Source: Balanoglossus misakiensis (lineage: Eukaryota; Animalia; Hemichordata). From it: a stretch of DNA of 64,000 nucleotides. Below, piece after piece: positions 41,501 through 53,622 of this stretch. The notes beneath the pieces were generated by a model. The model searched no databases, was not told the origin of the DNA, and worked only from the letters and a program-made list of their open reading frames with translations. Both the position numbers and the translations under genes were made by a program. Position 1 is the stretch's first letter, and every line of letters begins with the position of its first letter. The stretch spans positions 9,402,390-9,466,389 of the forward strand of contig CM082580.2 in NCBI GenBank assembly GCA_040954595.2, read 5' to 3'.

Positions 41501-44500
41501 CACCCTTGCATATAGCATCGAGATACGGCCATGAATTGCTGATAGGGACATTACTCAACAATGGGGCAAATCATAACAAGTAAGTAGGCTGTCAGTTTAC
41601 AGACAGAAAATCAAATGCTGTCAGTCAGATCTTTTTGTGAAACTGTGACTTCTGTCTAGCACCAAAGACGCCTGTTTCACCATATATGGGCATATGTAAA
41701 TTCAAAGTGGCTGTGTTCGTTTAAATTAAAACCTGTATTTTCAAGCTGTAAAGTCTATTTTCCTGACCGTAGAAGTTCAATACAATTCTTTGTATAATTC
41801 TATATCTGTTCCATGAATAATTTTTGAGACCTCATCTTATTCACTTTTATTTTAGGAGAGGAGTAAATGGAATGCTACCTCTGCATTTAGCGAGTCTGAG
41901 CGGATACGTAGATTGTTGTAAAAAATTACTAGAATGTGGTAAGTACATTGCTTTGAATCATAATCTACACTTCAGGCAAATTAATGGCTCTGTCTGAAGC
42001 TCTCGCAAGATCAAAAGCACCCATCAAATGACTTCAATGAAAAATTTAGTAATACAAGCAACTTGCACCAGTCTATGCATATAATGTTTTCAGTTCTACC
42101 ATATATTTACTTAATGCTTTGCATTAAAAGTGACAGATAAATCTGAAGATGCTGCAGTAATTTTCTTCTGAAACCGGCTTCGATATCTGCCATCTTTGCT
42201 GGTCAGCGGTTGAAGCATTAACATTTTGTCATCACTCGTGTGCTGTAACAAAGACTTGCAGTGCCACCTATACTAACATTACTACTGTTACAATTAAGGT
42301 TACTATCAGTATTGTAACCACGTTACAGGTTATGAAATAGACGCGACGGACAGCAGTGGTAGGAGCTGTTTACACGCGGCAGCTTGCGGAGGGTGAGTGT
42401 GGTTTTCAATTTTCCACTTCTAGATCAGGAATGTCAAATATCACTGATATCACCCATACGTTTTCTCTTCAGTGGTTGACTTTGAGAAAGAACGTTTGAA
42501 CAGCGATAATGATACTTAGCGTTTCCGTCCCACAGTAATGTGGAGTGCCTGGACTTGCTGATGAGTAGCAGCGCCGATTTCACGGCCACCGACAGCTTTG
42601 GGCGGACGCCGCTACACTACGCAGCCGGCAACGTCCACTACCAGTGCGTGCTGTCGTTGGTCGCAGTGGGAGCCAACGTCAACCAGACGGACGGCAGAGA
42701 CTGCACGCCCCTGCACTACGCGGCCTCCGCTGATGCAGATGCCAAGTGAGTCAGAGGCAGAGCAAAGAGTGTTTGGGTGATGATAGCACTGCTTGGAGTT
42801 GTGAGATGTAATATAGCGTGCGAGTTTGCTTTGTTTAAAAGCCTATGAGGGTTCCCATTGACCTGTTCTATATTCATTGATTTGCCTTTGCATGCGTGAG
42901 AGAAACTACACTAAACAGCTATCATCTCTTGACAGAGTTGTAGAACATTTACTAAGGAATGATGCCAATCCTTGTCTGCGAGATGAACACGGATTCAACC
43001 CAGTACACTATGCAGCTGCCAATGGCCACAAATTAGCGTTAGAAATGGTGAGTTGTCCATCTTGTGGCCATCGTCAGAAACCCATCCTCAAGTAAAATAT
43101 CCTTATATCCTGAAAGATGGAATTTGAATTCATCATAGCATCAGTGACCTTTGAAAGTAGTATTACAACCCCAACCAGTTTTACTTCTGAAGGTCAACAT
43201 TGCTACGCTCCCATTTGCGATATATTTTTTTAAATCCTGACAAAGTAGCACGCATTGAAGATTTTATCTTTACTTTCCTTGTTTTTGTATTTCAGTTGCT
43301 TGATGTAGCAGCCACAGATTTGCTAAGTAGAAGTGGTGCAGCACCTCTTACAACCCCTTTGCATTTAGCTGTAAGTTTATATTCTCTATTATTTGGAATG
43401 CATGTGTGGCCTTGTGTTCATGAGTTATACATTGATCATTTTCTTCTGCATTGAAGCGAGAAATCACTGGTCAGCATACATGTAATTTTTGCTCATCACC
43501 AATGTTTACCTATTTCAGTCCTATAATGGTCACTTAGATGCACTGCTTGTATTGATGAGGAATATAATGAATCTGGACATTCAAGATGGCAATGGTAGAA
43601 CGCCCCTAGATCTGGCCGCCTTCAAAGGCCATGCAGATTGCCTGGAGGCATTGATTATGCAAGGTGCTACAATACTTGTCCATGACTCTGTCTCCAAGAG
43701 GACTCCATTACATGCTGCAGGTGAGGGGACTGATTACAGGGACGTTTTCATGACCCCTCCATGACCTTCCATCCTCGTACCCCTGTTGGTATGAATCCAT
43801 CAGGTTGACAAGATACTACTGTTGTCTGATAGCTGTGCATGAACTTGAACTGAAGCAAAAAGTACTTGCAGCACTTCAGCTCAGAATCAGTGTCTTTTTT
43901 TCACTCTTGAAATTTCTTTCTCTCTCTCAGGCTACAATGGACACACAGAGTGTCTAAGGATACTAGTGCAGAACGCTGACAGTCAGAGCATTGTGGATTG
44001 CCTGGACGAACAGGGCAGGTCACCACTCATGATCGCCGTCGCCAACGGTCATATAGATTGCACGCTCTTGCTGCTCAGTCATGGTGCTAATGTCAATGCA
44101 GTAGACGTCTATCATAGAACAGCTCTGCATAGAGGGGTAAGTAAAGATCTGAGGGTGTCGTTTTGAGATTGTGTATTGTAAAAGTTGTAGGTGCCATGGT
44201 CTGTGTTGATAACTGTAGAATTCTACGATGGTCATATCAAATTTCCTTCTGAAAGAATGAAATTACTGGTGTATATAGTGGTTGTTTGGTACACTGATGA
44301 TAATACTTTCGTGAATATTTATATGACAGTCTGCCAATGGTCATGAAGAGTGTGTAGACGCCCTCTTGCAACACCAGGCTGATCCGTCGTGTAAGGATGT
44401 CAAAGGTCGTGCACCATCCCACATGGCGGCTGCGTGCGGCCATGTTGGTTTGCTGGGAACTCTAATACAGGCTGGCTGTGACAATATGGTTGACAATCAG

Positions 44501-46568
44501 GCTTATACACCACTTCACTGGGCTTGTTATAACGGTAAGTTGCCCACACTGTATTGGTGGAATTTCCTTTCTTGGTTCATCATTCACAATACAACTTTGT
44601 TTTAAACTGCACCTTCCCTTTCAAAAATCTAATCTTGTTTTCTTTTTTTGTGCCCAGGTCATGAAAGTTGTGTAGAGCTGCTTCTCGAGCAAGACCAGAA
44701 TGCATTCTTTGAAGGGAACACATTCTCACCATTACACTGTGCAGTGTAAGTACTTTTTATCATACAGATTTTTCCTAGGCGTTAAATTTAACCCAACCTG
44801 TTGAGATTGAAGTCAAAGGATATCATTTCTGAACAAGAAGAACATTTGTCCTTGTTCCTATCACTGATGTCTTTTTTTCTCTCTTTCCGCCCAGTTTGAA
44901 CGACAATGAGAACTGCGCTGAATTGTTGTTAGAAGCACTTGGTGATAAGATAGTAAATGGGCAGGATGAGAAAGGAAGGTAAGCTTATGTTTGGGTTACG
45001 TCATTCCAAGCCCAGTGCCATCCTGTTATGCTTTCCATTGTGTCATTCCCTGATCAGCTGTCTCTTATGACATTCCATGTCCATTGATGTGATACATGTC
45101 ATTCTGTTTTTGGCGCCTCTCAGTGTCAATTAGCATTCAACTTGAGTTAATCCAGCGATCTTTTTTTTCTCCCCAACATCCCAGGACACCTCTGCACGCA
45201 GCAGCGTTCAATGACCAGGTCGAATGCCTTCAACTCTTGCTGAGTCATGGTGCTGAAATCAACACATCAGACAAAGCTGCGAAAGCTCCACTCATCGCTG
45301 CATCGGAGAACGGGGCAGCCGGTGCTGTCGGTCAGTACATCCTTCTATCATTTCTCAAAGTCTTCTACCTTTAACCCTTTCACCCCCGGTTCCCTCTTCA
45401 GAGGTCCAACAATGGGTTTGGACTGAGCCATGGTGGTTAAAAGGCTGTCTTGTTGTTGGCTGCCTTTGACGTTTGTTTCATTATTCAGGGTTCCAAATGA
45501 GACAGTGGTATGTGTGAAAAACTGTCAAAATTCTATTAAGAAAAGACACACAGATTTTAGTTTTTGTGACATCACTGCTTGAACATAGACACGTTCTTGT
45601 TGATTACAGAAGTACTTGTAAGCACACCTGGCATTGATCTCACTCTGGCTGACGAGAATAAGAACACGGCACTCCATGCAGCATGTATACAGGTATGTAC
45701 TAATGATGACTTTAAGTCAAGCGTTTTAAATGTGATGGCCACTGGAGTCCATCATAAAGAGCCAGTTAAATCGCTGACTACCACTGTCATCAAGTCACAT
45801 CATTGTCTCATATGTTTGTGTTCTGTTAAAATCAGTTGTCGAAAATACGTTCTTTGCATTCCAGGGTAACACTACTTGTGCCTTGCTGATTCTAGAGAAG
45901 ATTGAGCATGTCTCACTGGTCAACGTTGCAAACAAGAAAGGAGCCAGGTAGGGTAATAATGTGGACATCTTGTAGTTAACCCTCATTGGCCTCTGTTGTA
46001 ACTGTGACAACGATGGGAATGAGTGATCAAAGACGTAGTAGATAGCAGATTGTGGCAAATTCGTTCTCTTTCTGTAGTGACTTGATTTCTCAACTATTTT
46101 CAGTCCTCTGCACGTAGCAGCGAATAATGGACTTGTAGCTGTTGTGCAAGAGCTCATCTCCAAAGGTGCAAGTGTCTTGGCTGTGGATGAACATGGTGAG
46201 TTTATACAAATGTATTCAATCCGACTGTGATTTCCGTAAAGTATAGTTGCAGCTGTAAGATATAGTACTACGCATCTTCATGAAGTTAGATGAGGGAAGT
46301 GATAATTAGAAGTAATGATTGATGTCTTCTTGCAGGTTACACGCCGGCTTTGAGCTGTGCCTCCAGTCCCCAAGTGGCCGACTGCCTGGCGCTGATCCTT
46401 GCCAACATGATGCCGTTTGCGTCGCCCGGCAGCACCAACAACTCCCGGATAGCACTGGCCATGACCGGAGAGCTGACCAGATCGTCGCTTCAAAGCGAGG
46501 GAGTGGACACGCCCGACCACAGCAGCAGAGCCGAGAGCTACGCCGACTCGGATTCCGAGACATACTAA
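32585..46568 (+). CDS. ANKRD28: PP6 regulatory ankyrin-repeat subunit (ANKRD28/44/52 family, ANKRD28-like), about 25 exons
   Basis: First exon MVIQHLCDE (32585-32611) joins [26 protein letters not shown] (35470). Many TPLHxAA ankyrin repeats follow, with [11 protein letters not shown] and [10 protein letters not shown], and the protein ends DSDSETY*. PolyA signal AATAAA near 48607. Confidence 0.93.
33493..33706. mobile_element. Possible relic of a non-autonomous interspersed repeat
   Basis: An AAACAAGA start and internal AGGTCAAGGTCAAGGTCA resemble common marine-invertebrate Helitron/Helentron-associated elements. Single copy here, recognised by resemblance only. Confidence 0.3.
40800..40823 (+). 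other. ANKRD28: Candidate 24-nt alternative microexon of ANKRD28
   Basis: Pyrimidine tract plus TTCAG acceptor and GGG|GTGAGT donor. It is phase 1/1, in frame, and adds ALQSVIRR. Confidence 0.6.
45371..45444 (+). mobile_element. MITE copy 3 (internally deleted, in an ANKRD28 intron)
   Basis: TTAACCCTTTCACCCCCGGTTCCCTCTTCAGAGGTCCAAC[deletion]AATGGGTTTGGACTGAGCCATGGTGG. Confidence 0.7.
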
Positions 46569-47982
46569 GTCAAGTTTTGGCCCACCCCTATGATTGTGAG
46601 GTAGTTGCGACCAAAGCATTGAAGTCAGGGGGATCTCATTCTAAATGTAGGGGGGTATGGGTGTGTAAGAAGGTTGACTTCAGTAGCAACTCTGATACCA
46701 ATTTCACCAGGTGTTCATATTCTAAAGGAATCAAACTCTAACCCAAACTTCATTTACTACACCCCAGGTGTCTTCACCAACAATATGTAAATTAAAAACT
46801 CTGGTGAGTAATAAAAGCAAACAAACTGAAATATCAACGTGGAGGCCAGTTTGTATATTTGGTGGGGGGTTAAAGTGTTATTTTTTTGAAGAACAGAGCA
46901 TTCAATTCAAAATGTCTGAGCATATGTTTCATCGCTTTGTATATTTACCACCTGATTAGAAACTATAATGTAAATAATAGTGATGTTTTTGAGGGAGCAT
47001 TTTTCAGAAACATACATTCCTACAATTTAAAAAAAATGTATTTCAACCAATGCATGCAATGTACATCTTTGACACACTGAGGTTTATTTTTTTTTTGTCT
47101 GTGTAATTCTTATGCAAGAAATAGTCTTTGCAGTTTTGAGTTCTATGCGGTTTAATATTTTTGTTTCTTTTACTTATTAGTTATTGACAAAGTTGCAGCA
47201 CATGCTCACCTTGGATTTAGGGACCGTAATTTTCACTTCTGTGTTATGCAGTTTACAGCGTGGACCGACCGTTCACTTGTGTTTATACTTTTGTGTGCTT
47301 CCATTATTTTTGAAATGAATTCCAGTGATTGTGTTCCAAATTAACTGACATTTTCATCATTGTTCACACTTTGTAGCTATAAACGCTTCTTGCTGAACTA
47401 TGACCATAATATTCAGAGTATTACAATGTATTACCTGGTACCTCAAAGGGAACTACTATTCAAACATGTATGTACAATATATGTAACAGCGCCCTCTATA
47501 GCCATGAAATTTCTTCAGTTTTTCATTACGTGTGTCAATTTTCTTCATTTGCTTCGAACATTCGCCTTTTTCATGTACTCAAGGTGTACATTTCTTGTGA
47601 CGAGTTTTCCTGCATGATGAATTCATGGACGTCGTGAAACTTTGATGTGTATTTCTGCATGGTGCTGGCTGGCATATGCATCCAACGCGTGTAATAACAG
47701 CTCCTCACTTCGGATATTAAATGTCATGTAAATATAGTTCCTCAGTATTCAGATGAATTATCACGCTGCCTGTGTGGGTACTGAACCCAACCAGACATGT
47801 ACACGTGCCCTCTCACAGCTACATGTACTAGAAGAAAACAAGTGTTTGTATCTCATGGCAGTCGCACTGCTGCTAGAGCACATTTGTTACTTTACAATTG
47901 ATCCGTAAATACTTTAACTTCTGAAGTTAAAAGAAATTATTCAGGTGGAAATATTTTTGTATTTGTATGATGTTTCATCTTT

Positions 47983-48025
47983 GCGTGTGTGTGTGTGCGC
48001 GTGCGATTGATTGATTGACTGACTG
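47983..48025. repeat. Compound microsatellite (GT)n/(GATT)n/(GACT)n in the ANKRD28 3' UTR
   Basis: Read directly from the sequence. Confidence 0.7.
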
Positions 48026-48674
48026 CTCAGTGCATTCGTTTATCGATTCACTACAACTTGCCAAATGATTTATGTCTTTGAAATTATACAGTGTTCTTTG
48101 TAAAAAAAAATTGTAGTCGTACGTCAGGGATTGTCAGGTGTTGTTCATCATGTGCTCAGGTTTAATTGCATTGCTTACACTGCGTAATATATCAGCAATG
48201 GGTACCTCCTATTCATGTATTCTGTGTGAGAAATAGAAATTGCTACATTCCAGCATTATGTTGCCCAGGCAAGAGATTTCCACTGAGAATAAATTATCTC
48301 TGTGAACTCTCTACTATTGATCATTGGAAAGGAAGTCGAGTAGTTGTACATGCCTAACCATTAGAATTTGCTTTATTTGATAAACTCACAGAACATGCGG
48401 TAACTTTATAGGAAAACTGCAGCAAAGAATGTATGTCTTTATTCATCAGGTGTTGGCTGTGGAAAATTTTGATGTGGCAGTGTTTTGGGGGCAGCCTTCA
48501 ATTTTTGTAGTACGTGTAACACCTGCTGTAATATTGAAACTCGTATAGAGTAAAACTAATATTGAATGTAGATATCATTAACAATGAATGATGGCTTTTT
48601 TGCAAAAATAAATTCATATATCAACATATACACAGTGTCCATGTCTGTTGTCATGTCACTCATGTCTAGCCCTA

Positions 48675-48700
48675 CGTACAGGTCTGTACAGACCTGTACG
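48675..48700. repeat. Perfect 26-bp palindrome inside a TAGC...GCTA hairpin (48667-48708)
   Basis: CGTACAGGTCTGTACAGACCTGTACG equals its own reverse complement. Confidence 0.85.
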
Positions 48701-49184
48701 CAGAGCTATCCTCCAGAAACAAGTTGACTATAGTGCTTCCTACCCCATCATATACAAACTTGTGTCACATCGTGGATGAAGTGTCTCCTTGCCATGGCAG
48801 TCCTGCGTTCTGGGCTTGGTGGCAGTGAAGACACAGGAAACCTAGAAATCTTGTTGTTGTTATAGATGATGATGATGATGATAATAATAAATATTCTTTA
48901 AAAACTGCGTCATTCCTTGCTGTTGTTTGTTGATGTTGTAAATTAACATGTAACTGTAAAAGAACACTATGTCACAGCGCCACCAACCGGTCTAACGATG
49001 TCCATTTCACTTCCGGGATGTGTGATGTTTACGTATCGCCACACATCTGTCGATCACGACCAGACTGCATGATACCGGTACCATTATGAGCTCATTCTGT
49101 GGCGAGTCAGACCACTACGCAGTATCTCTTTTCACGAAATAACCCTGTTTTACGACGGCTATTAAGAAGAGGACGACAGCAAGC

Positions 49185-49667
49185 ATGATCGACTCGGTGG
49201 TTCGAGCACGGGTACGACAGATTGACCCAGAAGTTACCGTGGACACGGATAAATTGAGCGACGTTGTCAGAGTGTGGCGGCTGTGCATGGAATCGCTGTC
49301 GAGGAAAGTCCCTGACATTACAGAGGAGGTTCTAGAGAAATCGCTCCCGGCTCTTACAGAGAAACTGTTCCCCCACCCCACCTGGGACGTGTACATCGCC
49401 CTCAAGAATGAGGATGTCATAGGGTACGTGGTGGCCGATGGAAAGCTGATCGTGAGCGTCTTCGTTTTGCCCGACTACGAAGATATCGGGCGACACTTGA
49501 TCGATCACGTCTACCTCCTGAAAGGTGCCTTTTCCGTCCAGTTGCTCGCAGCAGACGACGCAACCAAGCGGATGTTTCAGAAATACGGATGTTTAGCTGT
49601 TGACGACGGACAGTTGTACACTGACGCTATCACGGGTTTGCCCGCTATTCGCATGGTTTTTCCATAG
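49185..49667 (+). CDS. Intronless 160-aa GNAT-fold (acetyltransferase-like) protein
   Basis: Single clean ORF with an in-frame upstream TAA (49140), richer in GC and CpG than its flanks. GNAT-like pattern VYIALKNEDVIGYV...IVSVFVLPDY..IGRHLI...MFQKYGC...PAIRM. Upstream ETS motif CACTTCCGG (49008) and downstream AATAAA (51241). Confidence 0.75.
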   Translation: MIDSVVRARVRQIDPEVTVDTDKLSDVVRVWRLCMESLSRKVPDITEEVLEKSLPALTEKLFPHPTWDVYIALKNEDVIGYVVADGKLIVSVFVLPDYEDIGRHLIDHVYLLKGAFSVQLLAADDATKRMFQKYGCLAVDDGQLYTDAITGLPAIRMVFP

Positions 49668-52532
49668 GCCGTGTGGAGCCAGATGGAGGTGCCACAGATC
49701 ATGCAGATGGGACTTTTGACAACTTCACGGACACACCACAATGACACGGATATGCAGTGCAGGGATCATGCGGGTACCACATGCAGGGATCAAAATATCC
49801 CGGTACTGTAGTGTTGACATGTTGGATGAGTGTGGTGCAATGAATAGCAGTGGTTGGGGACACATTCAGAAGTTGCACAATATTTCCCATAATGCCTCCA
49901 TTGCCAAATTTGGAGAACCACTTAAGTCAGTGGGGAAAGTAACGCACACAACTTTCAGTTCAACTCCAGCATAGTAGTTTTAAGTGACAGGTATAAGTTA
50001 CCAGTAGTCAACTTACAACTATCAACTTCTCACAGTTACATAAAAGAAAGATCAATTCAAAACAGCACAAGCAGTTGTCGACAACCTCAATTATATGTGA
50101 GGAAACAGGGTGAAATGTGTAACATTGAACCTCATAAGTTCATGTCCTTATACACATATGTAGATTGCTGTTAATGTGATTTCTCAGGGAAAGTTTATAT
50201 TTCAATCATGTTTGGAGTGATTTTGGTATTTTTGTAAATATAATGTTGACTTCTGTGGATATTGTACTTGCATGTACAATGTCCCTGTGATGTATTTATA
50301 GTGTAGTGCTCAAGATCAGTGTGTTGTATTCTAACCAAGTCTTTTTTTTTCGCACATTCTAATGACTGACTAGATTTAGGCTGCACTGCCCAGCTGTGCG
50401 AGATGTTATATTGCATCATCTGTCATTTCTTGATCCACCCAGCCTTGCCAACACATAGCTAACATTCTCTGAACATTCTGCAACTGAATGTTCTACTGCC
50501 CTCTAGAGGTAGCATATTTACTTTCTATGGATCATGTGCAAGGAAACCCACTTGCAACTATTTCCATATTTGGAGGACAAAGCCAGATTTATACAGGAAT
50601 CATCTAAATTAATTCGGGGCATGCATATTGCATGTGACAAACTGGGTCAGTCAGATATTTAAAAGCAAGGCTTGAAGGAATTAATTCAAGTACACGTGTA
50701 CTTACTACTTACTTCATGAATGACATTTTTGTTCTTTTGATATGAACTTCACTTTTGAAAACAAGCTGTTTTGTTGTCAAAGACATGATTTTCAAAGCTG
50801 TCTAGCGCTAGTATAACTGACATATGAAGGACTGTTCTGTAGAACAATCCAGGCTGACTTTCTAAAAAAATTTGCAGTATATTTAAAACCGAAACAATAC
50901 TAGAGTTAAGTGTGTTTGTTTTGTTGTTTTCATTTTTTTTACAAGTTTTATAAACTTTTGTCTTTCTTTTATTGTGAGTTTGGTTGTTTGTTTTATGTTT
51001 AGTATACATGATTGTATTACTAGTATTTATTTCACTTGAAAATCTGTGATAATTTACTTGGAACTGTAGATACTAACACCCAACATACTCCTAAGATCAG
51101 TTACCACGTAGTGGTTGTAGTAGACATTGATACAACCAACTGATTGTTCCTATTTGGAACAGGAAAGTTACATGAAAAACTGGTAGAGATCGATTCATTT
51201 TATATACACTTCCTGTAACTATTTGCCTATTTCTTTTTTGAATAAAATAATGGGTTTTGTAAAATTTATCAATCCTTGCGTCATGTCCTTCCTTCCTTTA
51301 CACTCAAGAAGTCCTTTCTAATCACATGGTCTGCTCATCACCTACTGAAGACTAAGTGAAAATGAGATCCATCATAAACTATCACAAAATGTCCATAATC
51401 AAACACAAGCTTACCACCCACAATGCGTTATTTTGTTAGAAAAAGACATTTATTTCTTTTGTTGAAATAGTCATATTGTTTAAACTTTGTAATGCACTGT
51501 AGACAACGTCACATCACAACCATTAACGGTATGTACCATAAATTAGATCATTGTCAACAATGTATAGATCTGTCTTGTCGAGAACAAACAAAAAATAGTT
51601 CTGATATTTACACAAAGTAATCAAAAAAAATATTACACATGTATACCGACTGCATGTACGAAAGCGCTTGAGGGTTGTACTTTTGCTAACTTCCAACTAC
51701 AGAGGGCGCTATTCTAGTGTATACACACAACAAAGCAGAGAGGGGAACGGATGATAGGAGTTATAAATTTCAGAGCTTGAAGAGTACTGCCAGATCACGA
51801 ATAATTTGCATTGCCGTGCATACAACTGTACACAATTACAGTTAGCTTTATAAACACCAGACATTTGAGTTCTGTGTGTACTTTTTGCAAGTTGACTTTG
51901 CAAGTATGACAATATGTCCAGAAGTGGACTAGTACATCACAATTAATACCATTCTCCCTTCGGAGATTGTAGCGTGTGGATAATTCTAATCTAGCTAATA
52001 TTGAATGTTGATATCAAACAAAAGGGTAGGAACCAGTGTCCAGCTGTTATGCATAATGTACCAAGAAGAAAATATCATATCATTTTGCACCATGGAAAAA
52101 TTTCATTCCTGCGACACATCCTATATTGGCTTTAAAAAAGGGCATACTTCTGGTGATTTCTCCTCATGTTTTTGGGGGGAAGCAAGCCATGGAAATTTTC
52201 AACCGTTTTCTCTAAATTAAATACAAAAATAGCTGATCTAATACCAGTCTACACTTGACGATTTCACAAAATGCCTGATCAGCAAACAATGTGACCAGAG
52301 TTAAGCCACCACTGTAGTCAAATATATCTGACGGAAGATAGTTACCACACAGGCTTATACTGCAACAACAATCACTACATGTTTATCTGTTGACATTGTT
52401 GGCAAGACATCGTGCCAAGCAAACCATTTTATACACAACTTGGTTTTATAGAAATATAAATACTGAAAAAAACGAACACTGAAACTGTACAAGTTTGAAA
52501 TTTCTCTTAAAAGGAGAATGAAGATATAGCTG

Positions 52533-52565
52533 TGTGTACTCTAGCTAAAGTGTACTCTAGCTAAA
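52533..52565. repeat. 16-bp tandem duplication
   Basis: GTGTACTCTAGCTAAA x2. Confidence 0.8.
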
Positions 52566-53622
52566 CGACTAAGCATGAAGAACCACACACTGTTTCAAGA
52601 TTATGTGTTGTTGAAATATAGTCCTCGTCATGGGAATAGAACTAGTCCATTGTGGTGAAACGCACATGCTGTACACCCCTATTCCCAGTGATGTGTATAC
52701 AGGCATGTCCCACCGTACACAAACAGGGTCTGCCACATTGTAGCATACAGAGGGGTGACAGCTACATGAGGATGTATTTGGTGAGTGGACCCTGTCCAAC
52801 ACCTGATTTCTGGACAACCATGCAGGCAAAAATTTGAAAAAATGTCAGCTGCTAGATTTGAAGAGATGAACATTGTGCAATTCGGACTTAATACAAAAAA
52901 CATGTAAATGTTCTGAAGTAGAACTACTACACTTTTGAACTTGAGTTACACTAAATGGAAAATAGATCTTTTACACAGTGGTTTATACTATAGAGGAATT
53001 GCAGTCTAAAACTGCAAAGGAATGTTTGCAGGAGGACACTGCAATCATGCAAAAATAATAAAATAACACAACGTGACAGTTAATAGCTGATATGATGTAC
53101 TCGGTCAAAGTTCAGAGTTCACAGGTTATTGCTATTGACGACTGTACATAATACACTAAGTAGTCTTTCTATATCGGGCAGTTTATTCACATTTTACAGA
53201 GCCTTGGAAGCAATAGGGTAAACAAAAAAACGTTGTGACGGGTAACTGAAATTTCTAATCAGCAAGGTCATCTTCATTCTTCTTGAAGTTCATTTACATG
53301 TGTTTCATGGGACACCTGGTACGGCGACCAACCACTTGGCTTCCAGATTTCATGATTTACATAAGCTGCTGACATAATCAAGTCTCGGCGATGTGGTCGA
53401 TCCACACATATGGAAATAAATAAGTATGCTCTTTATACTGGACCGGACTGGAAGCTCTTGAACAAGTCGATTGTCCTTCTTGATAGTGGAGACACTTCAC
53501 AGCAGTGTTTATATGACAGCCAGACACAGTCAACACAGTCTCTGTATCTCAATACAGCCCCATGCGTGTTCATACACACAGAAGAAAATCAACTACCAGT
53601 TCCAGAGAACTTTTTTTTACCA

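Noticed and set aside
49668-49811. Open frame continuing after the GNAT-like TAG
   Set aside because: The TAG-GCC context is not a known readthrough signal and the extension looks like UTR.
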